Shown here piece by piece: positions 11,340 through 23,093 of a stretch of DNA of 64,000 bases. The position numbers and the translations under genes are program-made. How positions within the stretch are numbered: position 1 is the first letter of the stretch; every line of letters begins with the position of its first letter. The notes beneath the pieces are model-generated. The model was not told the origin of the DNA. It saw only the letters and a program-made list of their open reading frames with translations, and searched no databases. The stretch lies in contig CAWIAD010000001.1 of assembly GCA_963833985.1 (NCBI GenBank), forward strand, positions 3,328,001 to 3,392,000, read 5' to 3'. This DNA is from an uncultured Planctomycetaceae bacterium (lineage in GTDB: Bacteria > Planctomycetota > Planctomycetia > Isosphaerales > Isosphaeraceae).

Positions 11340-13055
11340 TCAGGAAGCGACTGGCTGAAGAGTGAACCCTGCCAGGCGACCGGCTCCCGGACCCATTCTG
11401 GCTGAGCCGTTTTCGCCGGGCCGGGCCGAGTGCACATCGTCCGAGGCGGCCTCGCCGCTCTGTTTGTACTGAAACCTTCCGACCTGCTTCTGAAGATCGA
11501 CGGCCAGCTCGGCCAGCTCGACAGCGGCTCTTCGAGTCTCGCTGACTCCGTCGGAGGTGTCGCGTGTCGCGGTCACGAGATCGGTGATGATGCGGTTGAT
11601 TTCGCCGCTTCCCATTGCGGATTCCTGCATGTTACGAGACATCTCGCTGGTGGTTGCCGTCTGCTCCTCCACGGCGCTGGCGATGTTGGCCTGAATCTCG
11701 TTGATCTGCTTGATGATCGTGCCGATCTGGTCGATCGCCTGCACGGCTCCGTACGTGTTCTTCTGGATGGCCTCGATTTTATGGCCGATGTCCTCGGTTG
11801 CGAGAGCGGTCTGCTTGGCCAGTTCCTTGACCTCGTTGGCGACCACGGCGAACCCCTTGCCCGCCTCGCCGGCGCGCGCCGCCTCGATGGTGGCGTTGAG
11901 GGCCAGGAGATTGGTCTGACCCGCAATGGACGTGATGACCTTGAGCACGCCACCAATCTCGGCGCTGGACTCGCCAAGCTGGGCGACAGTCGTGTTGGTC
12001 TGGTCCGCGACAGCGACCGCAATGGCGGCCACCTTGGCGGCCTCCGCGGCGTTCCTGGCAATCTCGCAAATCGTGGCGCTCATTTCCTCGCTGCCAGCCG
12101 AGACAGTGTGGATGCCGTTATTGACCTGCTCGGTCGCGCTGGACACCACGCCCGCCTGGGCCGCGGTCTCCTCGGACGCGGAGCTCAGGGACTGACTGAT
12201 CTCCGAGAGACGTGCTGAGGAGGTCGCGAGTTTCCTTGCGCCGCGGTCGATCGCCTCCAGTGCACGGCTCATATTCTCCAGGGCCTCGTTGAGCGCTTGA
12301 CCCATCAGGCCAATCTCATCATGCGAGTCCACGCTCAATCGGGACCTCAGATCGCCGCCGGACACAGCGCGGAGCACCTGCACCGTCTTGCTCAGGGGGC
12401 GGGTGATCCCTCGCACGATCCAGATCGACAGGCATATCACGGTTGCCATCAGGAAGCAGGTCAGTGTGGCGACCAGGACGATCCGGTCACGAACCGAATG
12501 CGCGGCGTTGGCCTCGATCTCCGCGTTTCGCTCGTTGGCGAGCTGGATCACTTGCTCGATGGCCTGCTGGTGCTCGCGAAATCGCCGATCAAGTTCTCCC
12601 TCGACGAGCCCCCGCGACTTCTCGCGATTCCCGGTCTCGACGGCCGGAATGAATTGCTCCTCAAGGATCCGGAAGTACTCCATTGCCGGGCGGTAACAGT
12701 CGCTGGTCGCCGCCTTCTTGAATGACCCGGAGGGAAGTTCCTTTTCCCAGAACGCATGGCGATCCTCGTACTCCCTCTTGAGCCTCCGGGAATGCTCGAC
12801 GAGTTGCTGCAATCCGTTGCGGTCGGTTATCGTCGCCATCTGATGAGCCAGCAGGTGGGACTCGATGATGTACTCCGGGGGCGGCAGGAAGTCAGCGACC
12901 AGATCCTTGCCCAGCACCAGATCTTTGTAGACGCTGCCATTGATCTTGTAGGTCTGGAAGGTAGAGAACACGAGCCCAGCAAAGAACAGAAAACCCACGA
13001 GGAACAGGGTCACCAGTATCGTCAGTCTGAATTTGATTGTCATGAAGCTTCTCAT
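11340..13055 (-). CDS. Methyl-accepting chemotaxis protein (2 TM, HAMP, MA domain)
   Basis: [37 protein letters not shown] signature; GGAG upstream of ATG 13055. Confidence 0.93.
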   Translation of the reverse strand: MRSFMTIKFRLTILVTLFLVGFLFFAGLVFSTFQTYKINGSVYKDLVLGKDLVADFLPPPEYIIESHLLAHQMATITDRNGLQQLVEHSRRLKREYEDRHAFWEKELPSGSFKKAATSDCYRPAMEYFRILEEQFIPAVETGNREKSRGLVEGELDRRFREHQQAIEQVIQLANERNAEIEANAAHSVRDRIVLVATLTCFLMATVICLSIWIVRGITRPLSKTVQVLRAVSGGDLRSRLSVDSHDEIGLMGQALNEALENMSRALEAIDRGARKLATSSARLSEISQSLSSASEETAAQAGVVSSATEQVNNGIHTVSAGSEEMSATICEIARNAAEAAKVAAIAVAVADQTNTTVAQLGESSAEIGGVLKVITSIAGQTNLLALNATIEAARAGEAGKGFAVVANEVKELAKQTALATEDIGHKIEAIQKNTYGAVQAIDQIGTIIKQINEIQANIASAVEEQTATTSEMSRNMQESAMGSGEINRIITDLVTATRDTSDGVSETRRAAVELAELAVDLQKQVGRFQYKQSGEAASDDVHSARPGENGSARMGPGAGRLAGFTLQPVAS

Positions 13056-13759
13056 CGTGCTCCCCAGGTGCTCGGCAACTGGTCGAAATGGCTTTCTTCG
13101 GGCAGAGTTCTTCGTGGCGCAGCAAATGCACGAGCAGAGCGCGGTCGTGCACCTGGAGCCTGAAGGGTCCTTCGAGTGTGAAACTCGGAATACCGCCAGG
13201 AATTCCTGTTTGCGCCAGGGTTCCGATGGGCCCTGCGCTTCCTTGCTCGGGTGTGAGAACACGCGGGCGCCTGGCTTCGGGATGCAGCCTGCCGCAATCT
13301 CATGCTATGGAACCCCTAGTACGCGAAAGCGACCCAGGCCAGCGCTGCGCGTTGAGAATCCCTCCTGGATGGTACTTTCCTCATTTCTCGTTCGTTCTTC
13401 GCCGTCGATCCGCATACTCCAATTCAGGGGCCGGCCCTGGCAGGCACGGATCGCGCGCCGTACGTGGTAGACCCTTCCGGCTCTGCCGCGATCGCGACAA
13501 CCGGGGAGAGAGTACCGAAGGGGATGGAAACACGGAACATCACGCGATGGCATGCCACAAACTCTAAACGCCATGAAGAAAATCAAAAAAGAACCAACAG
13601 CGACATAACTCAATCAGGAAACGCACGGCCCTTGTATCATGGCAAGGACTCGTGGAGGAAACTTGCGCCGCGGTCAGGGCGCAACGGAACACGGCGCGGA
13701 TGTGTCACCTGCTCCGAGAGGGCTTGAATCGCCACGCGTCCAACCGGTGGTGAGTCGAC

Positions 13760-13937
13760 AAGGAGATTCGAGATGATGACAGGAATCAGAGCTGTCGCGG
13801 TTGTGTTACTGCTCGGGCAGCTCGCGAGCGCCCAGGTGGGTGGGAACAAAGGAGATTCGAGATGATGACAGGAATCAGAGCTGTCGCGGTTGTGTTACTG
13901 CTCGGGCAGCTCGCGAGCGCCCAGGTGGGTGGGAACA
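13760..13937 (+). repeat. Perfect 89-bp direct tandem duplication covering the RBS, start codon and signal-peptide sequence of the SIMPL gene
   Basis: 13760-13848 is identical to 13849-13937 (aaggagattcgagatgatgacagg...gggtgggaaca). Confidence 0.95.
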
Positions 13938-14773
13938 TCGGTTACGGTCAGCAGGGCGGACGCTCGCGGGCGGAGCAGAACGAGCATGCGAAGCGAGTTC
14001 TCACCCGCGAGGAGATGCCGCCGACGGATACGGCGATGTTCGTCGACGCGAGCGTTCTGATGAACGTCAAGGCCGATCAGTTCGTGGCCACCTTCGGAAT
14101 CGCGGAAGAGGCTCCCTCGATCGAGGAGTGTCAGCAACGCATGAACGCGACCGTGGCCGCATTCACCGAGGCAGTTCGGCCGCTGGGCATCGGGCCCGAG
14201 GCACTGTTCGTTGATTTCACTGCGGAGACGAAGGTTTACGACTACAAGCTCGATGGCAATGTCGCCAGCGAGCGGCTTGCGGGGTTTGAGGTCAAGAAAA
14301 CCATCGCAGTCCGCTACCGCGAGCAGGCATTGATCGACCGCCTGATCATCGCCGCAAGCAAGGCCAGGGTGCACGACCTGATCAAGGTGGATTATGTGGT
14401 GACGGACCTGGGGCCCATCCAGGATCGGGTCGGCGAGGAGGCGGTTGCCGTCATCAAGAGCAAGGCCGATCGCTACCAGCGGCTCCTTGGGATCAAGACT
14501 CGCTCCGCTCCCAGGGTCTACGCGGAGCGAATGTCTGCCTACTACCCCAGCGAGATGTACAGTTCCTACGTGGCCTCGGAATCCGGGAACGTGAATGCGG
14601 GCTTCGACCGCTCGCGCATGACAGTACACGACGTACGCAAGAGCCGCACATTTTTTTTCCACCCGCTCGATGGCAACGGGTTCGACCGCGTGATCAATCC
14701 CGTTGTCCTGGAGCCCGTGGTCCAGTTCACCCTCTACCTCAAGCTGAAATACGAGACCGACGGCAAGCCCTGA
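13862..14773 (+). CDS. SIMPL (DUF541-like) domain exported protein
   Basis: Signal peptide ending ASAQ; VLMNVKADQFVATFG, GFEVKKTI.V.Y, KA..Y..LLG patterns. Confidence 0.75.
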   Translation: MMTGIRAVAVVLLLGQLASAQVGGNIGYGQQGGRSRAEQNEHAKRVLTREEMPPTDTAMFVDASVLMNVKADQFVATFGIAEEAPSIEECQQRMNATVAAFTEAVRPLGIGPEALFVDFTAETKVYDYKLDGNVASERLAGFEVKKTIAVRYREQALIDRLIIAASKARVHDLIKVDYVVTDLGPIQDRVGEEAVAVIKSKADRYQRLLGIKTRSAPRVYAERMSAYYPSEMYSSYVASESGNVNAGFDRSRMTVHDVRKSRTFFFHPLDGNGFDRVINPVVLEPVVQFTLYLKLKYETDGKP

Positions 14774-15001
14774 ACGGGCACCCGACCGGTCTGCCAGAGG
14801 CCGTGACCGTCAGGATGGAACACAGCCTGGAGAGACAGACCGAGAGTCCAGGCGAGCCGGGTGGGAGGTTGGACCGCACCTGGCTTGCTTGCGATCGCCC
14901 TTCCACCTCCGCCGCATGGCCGCTATGATCATGCACCCGGAGAGGGACGGATCCGAAGGGGGAACGCATCTGCCACCGCCTCGCTCACGGAGGAGCCCGC
15001 C

Positions 15002-16666
15002 ATGTCGCTCCCGACCCCGTCGAACGCTCCGCGCAACGCTGGGCCGGGCCGCACGACGGAGCGCGGGCCGGGCCTGTTCCACGACCCGGGAAACGTTCAC
15101 GACGTGTTCCTGGGTGCCTTCCGCCGCGACATCCAGGCATTCTACCCGGGAAGCCGCATCGAGCGCGAGCCCGGCCTGGTGCTGGCCGGACAGACGTTCT
15201 CCACGCCCCGCTCCGCCCCTGCATCCGGCCTCGAATTCCAGCTCGATGCGACCAGCGACTTCGGCGGCGCGATCCGGGTGGGCCTGTTCGGCGCCTGGTA
15301 TCGCCTTAGCCTGCCGTGCAAGCCCGCTCCGGCACCTCGCGACCTGGAGCTGATCCGGGCGATCGGGCAGGTAATGGAGATGCACCACCAGGCGCTCTTC
15401 GGCTGGTCTCGCGTGACGCTCTTGCAGCTCCGCCGGGGCATGCCCGAGGACCACTACGTCGCCGCCGCCGTGGACCCGTTCGCCTACGAGGCCACGTCAT
15501 CGTCGCTCAGCCGGATCGCCGACGCGATCCTCACCCTGCGCACGATGGCTCTGTCCACTTACGAGAATCGCCGCGTCACGACCGGCACGCTGATCCTGGG
15601 CCAGAGCGCTCTCACCGGCTCGCTGCCCCCGAGCTGGAATGGCCCGGCCGTTCCCGAGGCCCTCACGTTCGGAGTGGAACTGACCGCACTCAAGACGCTG
15701 CACCGACTGTGCGACGGACGCAGGACGGTCTTCCTGGTGGACGAGCACGGGAAGCTGGCCGACGTGGTGGACATTCGCCGCTGGGCCAGCCGCGCCGTCA
15801 AGGCTGATCATCCGCCCTTGTTCGCCGTTCCGCGGGATGAGCCGGACGCGATCGGGCCTCTGCTCTCGGTCCCTTGCCCGAGGATGTACACGTACCACGC
15901 CCTGGCCACGCAGGCCGGGGGCCATGTCTGCCTGGTGCTCAGCCCGAACCAGGAGATCAAGGTGTTCGCCGGCGGGGTGCAGGCGTTCGTCTTCGCGCAC
16001 GGCCGCTGGCGGGTGCTCGACCCGGAATCCAAGTTCGCGCTCTGGGCCGAGGCGGTGGCCCATCCCCGGCTGGCTCACGTCCTGTTCCAGACCGCGCTCG
16101 ACCTGGCCGAGGAACGGCAGGGAGGACTGCTGGTCGTCGTGTCCGACCCGGAGCAGGTGATCGGCCGGCTGGTGCCGCCTTACGACGTGCTGGAGATGGA
16201 TCTGGCGAGCGCTTCCGGAGCTGTCAGCAGTGATTCGCAGCAAACTCCGTTCGCCGTGGTGAGTGCGGTTCTGGATCCGGAAAGCTCGCGAACCGAGAGC
16301 GGAGCCCCCGATCTCACGGAGGTCCCGTTCCCGAGCCCGAACGAGCCGCTGTCGAAGCGATCCATCCACTACCTGGCTCGGGGTGCCCGGGTCACCGAGC
16401 TGGACCCCGCGGTGCTCGAATCCCTGGCCAGCCTGGACGGAGCCCTGGTCGCCGATACCCAGGGTCGACTGATCGCGTTCGGAGCCATTCTGCGCCACGA
16501 CCGCAAGTCGCTCTCCACTTATGACCTGGCGTCTCCCCCCGCGGCCGCCGAAGGCGCGCGCACCACCGCGGCCATCGTCGCCAGCCGTTTCGGCCCGGTC
16601 CTCAAGATCAGCGAGGACGGTATCGTTTCCTGCTTCATCGGCGGCGCCAGGGCATGGGACCTGTGA
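15002..16666 (+). CDS. Diadenylate cyclase (DisA_N/DAC)-like protein with long N-terminal putative sensor region
   Basis: GGLLVV, ASLDGALV...IAFGAIL, EGARTTAA..AS...LKISEDG; GGAGGAG RBS before ATG 15002. Confidence 0.75.
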   Translation: MSLPTPSNAPRNAGPGRTTERGPGLFHDPGNVHDVFLGAFRRDIQAFYPGSRIEREPGLVLAGQTFSTPRSAPASGLEFQLDATSDFGGAIRVGLFGAWYRLSLPCKPAPAPRDLELIRAIGQVMEMHHQALFGWSRVTLLQLRRGMPEDHYVAAAVDPFAYEATSSSLSRIADAILTLRTMALSTYENRRVTTGTLILGQSALTGSLPPSWNGPAVPEALTFGVELTALKTLHRLCDGRRTVFLVDEHGKLADVVDIRRWASRAVKADHPPLFAVPRDEPDAIGPLLSVPCPRMYTYHALATQAGGHVCLVLSPNQEIKVFAGGVQAFVFAHGRWRVLDPESKFALWAEAVAHPRLAHVLFQTALDLAEERQGGLLVVVSDPEQVIGRLVPPYDVLEMDLASASGAVSSDSQQTPFAVVSAVLDPESSRTESGAPDLTEVPFPSPNEPLSKRSIHYLARGARVTELDPAVLESLASLDGALVADTQGRLIAFGAILRHDRKSLSTYDLASPPAAAEGARTTAAIVASRFGPVLKISEDGIVSCFIGGARAWDL

Positions 16667-16857
16667 CCGGAAACTCCCCGGTGTCCCAGGCCGTTCCGGC
16701 CCACCTGGCGAAACCTGACCGGCGCAGGCGGTAGTACCTAGCCAACTTGGGCCGGCAATCTGTATCTTGCGCACCGCAGGTCCAGGCTTGGCGGCATCCA
16801 GTCTGGTTCGATGATGCCGCGATGGAGACGCAGAGACGCGAGGCAAGGAGGATACCG

Positions 16858-18303
16858 ATGGTCCGGTGCTGGTGGTACGGATGGACCGCGCTGGCGGTTG
16901 GCTTGGTAGCGTGCGGAGACGGAACACCGGCACGGGCCCGCGATCGGGCAAGCGACGGAACACCGGCAGGCCTGGCGGCCCGACTGGCCGCCACACGCCC
17001 GCCCGAGGCTCAAGCCGGGAACGGACTGGCTCACCAGTTCGCGGCGATTCGCGACGAGTACGAGGCGGAGCTGAAACAGGCTTCGATCGAGTCCGAGAAG
17101 GGGAAGTCCGACTTCGAGCGCATCCAGATCTATGGCCGGCTCGTGCCGGATGAGGCGGCGTTTGCTCACCGCATGGTCGACCTGGCCGCCAGCGATCCGC
17201 TCAACCCGGCCGCGCGCGATGCAATGGTGTGGGTGATCGACAAGCCGGGCATGGGTCCCTCCGGCCCCTACAGCGACGAATTCACCCGCGCCGTGCTGCT
17301 ACTCTTGCGGAACCACGCCGACGATCCGGAGGTGGCCCGTGCCAGCCTGGCCCTCGACAATCTGTGCTCGCCGGCGCGCGACCTCTTGCTGGAGGGGCTT
17401 TATGTGCGTACCCGGGGGCACGAGGCACGGGGCCTGGCCACGGCGGCCCTGGCGCAGTATCTCCAGCAGAAATCCAGGATGGCGGCCGCGTTCAGGAATC
17501 CCGATAGTCCGACGAAGATGAAGTTCCGCACGCTCGATGAGCATGGCAAGCTCGTCGAGAAGGAGATGGAGCTCCCCCAGGAGGAGCTCGCCTACAGGAT
17601 CCATCTTCGGATGTCCGACCCGCAGTTGATTCAAGCTGAAGCCCGGCGGCTGTTCGACGAGCTCATCAAGGATTACGGCGATGTCCCGTACAGCACCCGG
17701 CAGGAGCGGCAGCTCGAAGCGATCCTGAGCCAGCCGCAACCCAGCTGGAACGGCCGCATGCTCACTCCCGATGAGATTCAGCAAGGCCGGCGCATGCTGG
17801 CCCACAAGAGAACGCTGGCGGACGCTGCCAGGGCGCGGCTCGACGAGATGGAGAACCTGGTGGCCGGCAAGCCCGCACCGCCCATCGGGGGCCTGGGCAT
17901 GGACGGCAAGCCGCTGAAGCTGGCCGACTATCGTGGCAAGGTCGTGGTGCTCGTCTTCTGGGGCACCTGGTGCGGGCCCTGCATGCAGGAAGTCCCTCAC
18001 GAGCGCGAACTGGTGGAGCGCTACAAGGGGCGCCCCTTCGCGCTGCTCGGCGTCGACTGCGAATCGAACAAGGCGGCCGCGCTGAAGGTCATGAAGGAGC
18101 AGAGGATCACGTGGCCGAACTGGAACGACGGCGACCCGGGCGAGGGCCCGATCGCCCGGGCCTATCACGTCCGCGGCTATCCGACGATCCTCGTCATCGA
18201 CGCCAAAGGGATGATTCGCCAGCTCAACGCTATCGGCTCCGCGCTGGACAAGGTCCTCGAGGATCTCCTGAAGGAGACGGAAGCCGCGGTCGCGGGGAAG
18301 TGA
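16858..18303 (+). CDS. TlpA/redoxin-domain protein with N-terminal helical region, probable lipoprotein
   Basis: YRGKVVVLVFWGTWCGPC, VRGYPT; LVAC lipobox-like motif; start codon uncertain. Confidence 0.85.
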   Translation: MVRCWWYGWTALAVGLVACGDGTPARARDRASDGTPAGLAARLAATRPPEAQAGNGLAHQFAAIRDEYEAELKQASIESEKGKSDFERIQIYGRLVPDEAAFAHRMVDLAASDPLNPAARDAMVWVIDKPGMGPSGPYSDEFTRAVLLLLRNHADDPEVARASLALDNLCSPARDLLLEGLYVRTRGHEARGLATAALAQYLQQKSRMAAAFRNPDSPTKMKFRTLDEHGKLVEKEMELPQEELAYRIHLRMSDPQLIQAEARRLFDELIKDYGDVPYSTRQERQLEAILSQPQPSWNGRMLTPDEIQQGRRMLAHKRTLADAARARLDEMENLVAGKPAPPIGGLGMDGKPLKLADYRGKVVVLVFWGTWCGPCMQEVPHERELVERYKGRPFALLGVDCESNKAAALKVMKEQRITWPNWNDGDPGEGPIARAYHVRGYPTILVIDAKGMIRQLNAIGSALDKVLEDLLKETEAAVAGK

Positions 18304-18363
18304 CTGCGGCAACCAGCACCCGTAGGGCCGGGCCCAGGAGCCTGCTGAAGCTCGAGGCACGGG

Positions 18364-21300
18364 TTATGGCGGTGAGGGGACGGGCGGACGGGCAAGGCTT
18401 TCGATCACGCGCAGGAACGCAGCTTCGGAAGCGTTGATCGACAGTTGTCGGCAACGTCGAGCGGCATCCACCGCCTTGTCCGCCCTGCCAACCTCCGTCT
18501 GCGCCAGGGCAAGCCCGAAGCGTGCGTCAACAGACGCAGGGTCGAGCTCGAGGGTCTGCTGGTAGCCGTGGATCGCCGCATCGAAATCTAGACCGGTGAG
18601 GTCGGCAGTGGCGATGCGCGCCAGCCGCAACGCCGCCGAGGGAGCATCGTTGCCGCGTTCCCAGACCCCGCTCGCCTCGGCAGGCCGACCAAGATGGAGA
18701 AGCGCCAGGGCCACGGCGTCTCGACAGGGCCAGGATGGCTCTGCCCCTCGCGCCTCGGCCAGGCGGAACATCCTGGTCGCCGCTTCAGTCCGGCCGGACT
18801 GGAGCAACCGTGTCACGTCGCGATCCATGCGTACACGGTCGGTTGGGTCCACGAGAGAGGCAACCGGCGCAGGGCCCGAGGGAGTTGCTGGCGACGGCAG
18901 GGCATCATCCATCCGCCGGTCGCGAAGCAGGAAAGTGAGCGCCGAGAGCGCTTCGGGTTCCCCGGGGTTCAGCATCAGGGCGCGCCGGTAACAATAGGCC
19001 GCCTGCGCGAGCAGGAGTCCGCTCGTACGGTCCCAGGGCTCGGCAGGGCCCGCAGGAGGAGTCGTCAGATTGGGGACCATCCCTCGGTAGCAGTTCCCCA
19101 GGAGGCCCCACAGCACAGGATCGCGGGCCTGGGGTTCCGCGGCCATCCCATTCCGCAGTCGATCACACGCCAGCAGCATGAGCGAGAAGCGGAGCGGCCA
19201 GGATGATTCGGGGCGGGCACGCAGGGCAGATCGCAGGCGGTACAGAGCCCTCGCTTCGCCCAGGCCCCAGGGCTCGAAGGGAGCCTTGCGCCCGTCCTGG
19301 CCGGTGAACCCAAAATGGCGGGCGGCAAAGTTTATGCTGGGAAATGCGGCACCCGGCACGTCCTGGGTACGCGCGATAAAAACCGAACCCACGGCATCAT
19401 AGAAAATGCACCGCCAACCCGGGTGCAGCAACAGCGTGGCCTCGGCACCAGCGCTCTTGATGTGGTCCAGCAGGATCAGCGGGTTGCCCATCGCTCGAAC
19501 GGTGCTCTCCCAGTCCTCCCGTCCCTGGATCAGCGACTCATCAACCCGCATGTAGGTCTCGAAAACCTCACGCGGATGCACCTCGTTCTGACAGTCCATA
19601 AACAGCGTGTTCGGCGGGCAGTTGTGAAAGGTATAAACGCCCGCCTGCCGCAGACTGAAGGCCAGGGCACGCTTAGGAAGTCCTGGCTGGCCGGCAAACC
19701 GCGCGGCGTCGTGGGCGTAGGCCAGTGGCGATGCGAAGACGCCGAAGTGCCGGGATTCACCCGTTATGCGTGAGAAGCGGTCCGTCACGATGGCCCAGAG
19801 GAAAAAGACCGCGAACCCGCAAAGTGCCGAGTCAAGCACCAGACTGGCGCGCCCCGGGGGGGCGGGGGCGGAAGCCGTTGCACAAGCGCGGTCTACCGGA
19901 ACGGAGCCCGCGGCCCATTCCCCCAGGTTGCAGGTCAGGACATAGCCCGCGATGAGGGCGAAAAGGCTAATATTGCGAACGGCCTGGAGCGCCAGGTAGG
20001 TGAACGCCACGGCAAGCAGCAGGCGAAAGACCTGCTGGCGACCTCCGCTCCGGAGCGTCAGGAACGCCGCCGCCATGCCGCACCCAGCCGCCAGCCTGCC
20101 GACGCTGGACAGACTGGATGTGCCTGCCCAGTGCATGGGCCCTGCCAGAGATCCCGGAATTGCGGCCGGCTGAAGGTCGAAAAGGTACGCGCGAAGCCAG
20201 AAAACCCATGCAGCCTCGGCGATGCCCCCCAGCAGGGTCAGCAGGGCCGCGGACCCGGATACGGGCACAAGCAACAAGGCGCCCGTCACACCCAGAGCAG
20301 CCAGGGCAAGCGGAGCGATGCACGTCAGCTGCGCCAGCCAGTTCGGCACGGTTGCCGTGGGCAGGCTCAGCACGACAGCGCCGATGCAGAGAAGAGCCAG
20401 GCCAAGTCCAGCGCCCGGGCCGAGCGACGACGCCAACGTTGCGCGGTGCCTCGCGTGGCGGCGGATGTAACGCTCCATTGCCGGGATCAGGAAGCTTAGC
20501 GGCAGAGCCCCCATCAGGAATAAGGCACATCGGTAGTAGAGGTTGCTGGCCATCACGGACACGCCAAAGCGCTCGATACTTGCCTGAAGACTCATGTATT
20601 CGACGATCGAGGTCCTGTAGACCCCGCCCCACGGTGCGATCTTGGGAAGGATCTCCAGCGGAAAGAGAACGCCCCGCAGGCCATAGGGATTGACCAGGCA
20701 CGCGGCTGCGACTGCGGCTGTTGCAGCGATCGCGTGCCGGGAGCGGTCTGTGGTGCCTGCCTCTCCCCCCCCCCGTCTTCTGGTATCCGGCGTGGTGACC
20801 CGATCCACCCAGTACGCTCCCAGAATGAGCGGGCCCATGATGAAGAGGCCATGCATGTTGATCCAGAAAACCTGCACGACGGGCAGAATCCAGCAGAGTC
20901 GCGGCCTGCGATCCGCATGAAGGAGGACCGCGAGAAAAATCGCCATACAGAGTAACGAAAAGAGTCGGGCGCGGCGCGGCACGTTGAGCCATGGCCACCA
21001 TGGCCGGCAGCCAGCAAAACGCCGCTAGCCACAGGGGGCAGCGACGGTCGCGGGCAATCAGGTTCACAAGGAGAGTTGCCGTGCTCAGAGCCGCCGCCAG
21101 GAGGATGGTGCCGCCAATGCCGCCGAGCGCGAACGTGGCCGCGAGGCTCAATTGAAAGAGCCAGTGCAGATCAACCCAGGGGCGGTCCGTCGATGCGAAA
21201 CTGAACGGGTCGTGTGCGGGGACTTTCCCCTGGGCCCAGATCCACTGGCCAGACTTGAGGTGCCACCAGAAGTCGGAGTCGTAAAGTTCCTGGCAGCCCA

Positions 21301-21376
21301 GCGCGAAGGCGCACGAAAGCAGAAGGACCGTGAGAGTTGCCGCGAGAATGCGCTGGGCGTTGGTAGGAATGGCCAT
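18364..21376 (-). CDS. Multi-TM membrane protein (GT-C/flippase-like N-terminal part) with C-terminal TPR repeats; frameshift near 20980
   Basis: DSDFWWHLKSGQWI...DPFSF...WVDLHWLFQ (ORF 19967..21457) joins FWINMHGLF..G, CLVNPYG and TPR-like helices (ORF 18364..20982). Confidence 0.7.
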
Positions 21377-21785
21377 TTGGCACGCTGCCTCGCCCGGCTC
21401 CAGGATTGGCAGGCGTACGGTGGTTAAGGACGAAAGCACATCATTATAGGTTGACACCTGAGTTAAGTGGACGTCCAGATGTGCCCACTTGAAAGCGAGT
21501 CAGAAGAACGATTCCGACCACGCAGGCACGTACCACAGGCTAGCCTGGAGTGGTGTGCGTCAGACCTGATTGTCGAAGATCATCCCACGCGAGCTGGGCC
21601 CTGTCAATCTGGCAGGAAACGGAAATGGCGCATTGCTAAACGACGGCAAGCGCGTGCTATCGCTTGAGGACCTGTTGGACCTGAGAGCGCAATTCCATGG
21701 GTTCGAGCGTCCGTCCTGACTTGCCAGTCCAGGCAAGGCTGGCTTACCCTGGAATCGCCAGGAGAGAGTGTCTGCGGGTGAGCCA

Positions 21786-22613
21786 ATGGACTTGAAGGAT
21801 CGGCGGGGAATGAACGCAGCGTGGGGTGACGGCAGCGAGCTGGAGTTCGTCAAGGCGATAGCGCGCGAGGCGGCGGGCAGGGCGCTGGCCCAGGCGAAAC
21901 AGGTGACGCCCGTCGAGAAGGCGAACCAGAGCTTCGTCACCAGCCTCGATTTCGAGCTCGAGCAGTTCCTCCGCGGCCGGCTCGCGGCCGAGTATCCTGA
22001 CGACCAGCTCACGGGCGAGGAGTACACGGCCGGCGGCGGCGCGGGACCCCGGCGCTGGTCGATCGACCCGATCGACGGCACGGGCAACCTCGTCCACGGC
22101 TTGCCGCTGTGGGCCATCAGCATCGGCCTCATCGAAGACGGCCTCCCGGTCCTCGGCGTCATCGCCATCCCTCCACTGGGCGAGCTTTACTGGGCCGTCA
22201 AGGGGCAGGGGGCGTTCCTCGACGGCCGGCGGCTCCAGGCCCGGGACAGCGATTCGATCCACACGCAGGACAACATCTGCCTGGGCACCAACGCGTTGCG
22301 GGCCATCGACACGCGCACCTTTCCCGGACGCCTCCGGGACCTGGGAAGCGCCTGTTGCGAGCAGGTCTTCGTGGCGGCCAACCGCCTTCAGGCGTGCACC
22401 TTCCTTGGGGAGCAGACGCACGACGTGGCCGCCGGCGCGGTGATCGCCAGCGAGGCCGGATGCGTCTTCGGAACGCTTGATGGCGAAGCCCTGAGGCCGG
22501 CCGAAATGGTTCGCCGCACGCCGATCACCACTCCCACCTTCGTCGCCCCGCCCCAGCGGCTGGCCACGCTCCAGCGCCTGGCCCGCCCGCTGCCGCCCCG
22601 GGAGCGCTCCTGA
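21786..22613 (+). CDS. Inositol monophosphatase family protein
   Basis: GEE, WSIDPIDGTGN, DVAAG.VIA.EAG. Confidence 0.9.
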   Translation: MDLKDRRGMNAAWGDGSELEFVKAIAREAAGRALAQAKQVTPVEKANQSFVTSLDFELEQFLRGRLAAEYPDDQLTGEEYTAGGGAGPRRWSIDPIDGTGNLVHGLPLWAISIGLIEDGLPVLGVIAIPPLGELYWAVKGQGAFLDGRRLQARDSDSIHTQDNICLGTNALRAIDTRTFPGRLRDLGSACCEQVFVAANRLQACTFLGEQTHDVAAGAVIASEAGCVFGTLDGEALRPAEMVRRTPITTPTFVAPPQRLATLQRLARPLPPRERS

Positions 22614-22615
22614 CC

Positions 22616-23085
22616 ATGAATCGCGTCATCGCCCGCCTTCCCGATTCGATCCCGGAGCTTTGCCTGGTGCGGCTGGGACTCCAGGTCAAGAGTCTCTCGG
22701 GCTGGCTCTTCGGCGCCGGCTACGATCGGCCATCGCGGCCGAGGCCCGCCGCGCCGTCGCCGAGGACAGCGGACTGCTGAGCTGCGATCTCTTCGCGATC
22801 ACACTGGACCATTTCGGCGTCCTGCAATACTGGCGCAGCTTCGATGACCTGGAATCCTGGGCGCGCCGGCCGCCTCATTCCGAGTGGTGGGGCAGCGCCG
22901 TGGACCGGATGCGCCGCAAGCGCGACATCGGCATCTATCACGAGACCTTCCTGGTGCGAGCCGCCGATATCGAGTCCATCTCCATGAATTGCAGCCCCGC
23001 GGGCCTGGCCAGCTTCGGTCTGCTGGGCGAACCCGTGGGCCCGATGACCACCAGCCGGGGCCGGCTGGGGCGAGCCAGGTCGTGA
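22616..23085 (+). CDS. DUF4188 / monooxygenase-like protein; frameshift near 22720
   Basis: LQYWRSFDDLESWAR..PH..WW, IGIYHETF; ATG at 22616 is in a different frame from the body. Confidence 0.7.
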
Positions 23086-23093
23086 GGCCAGCC

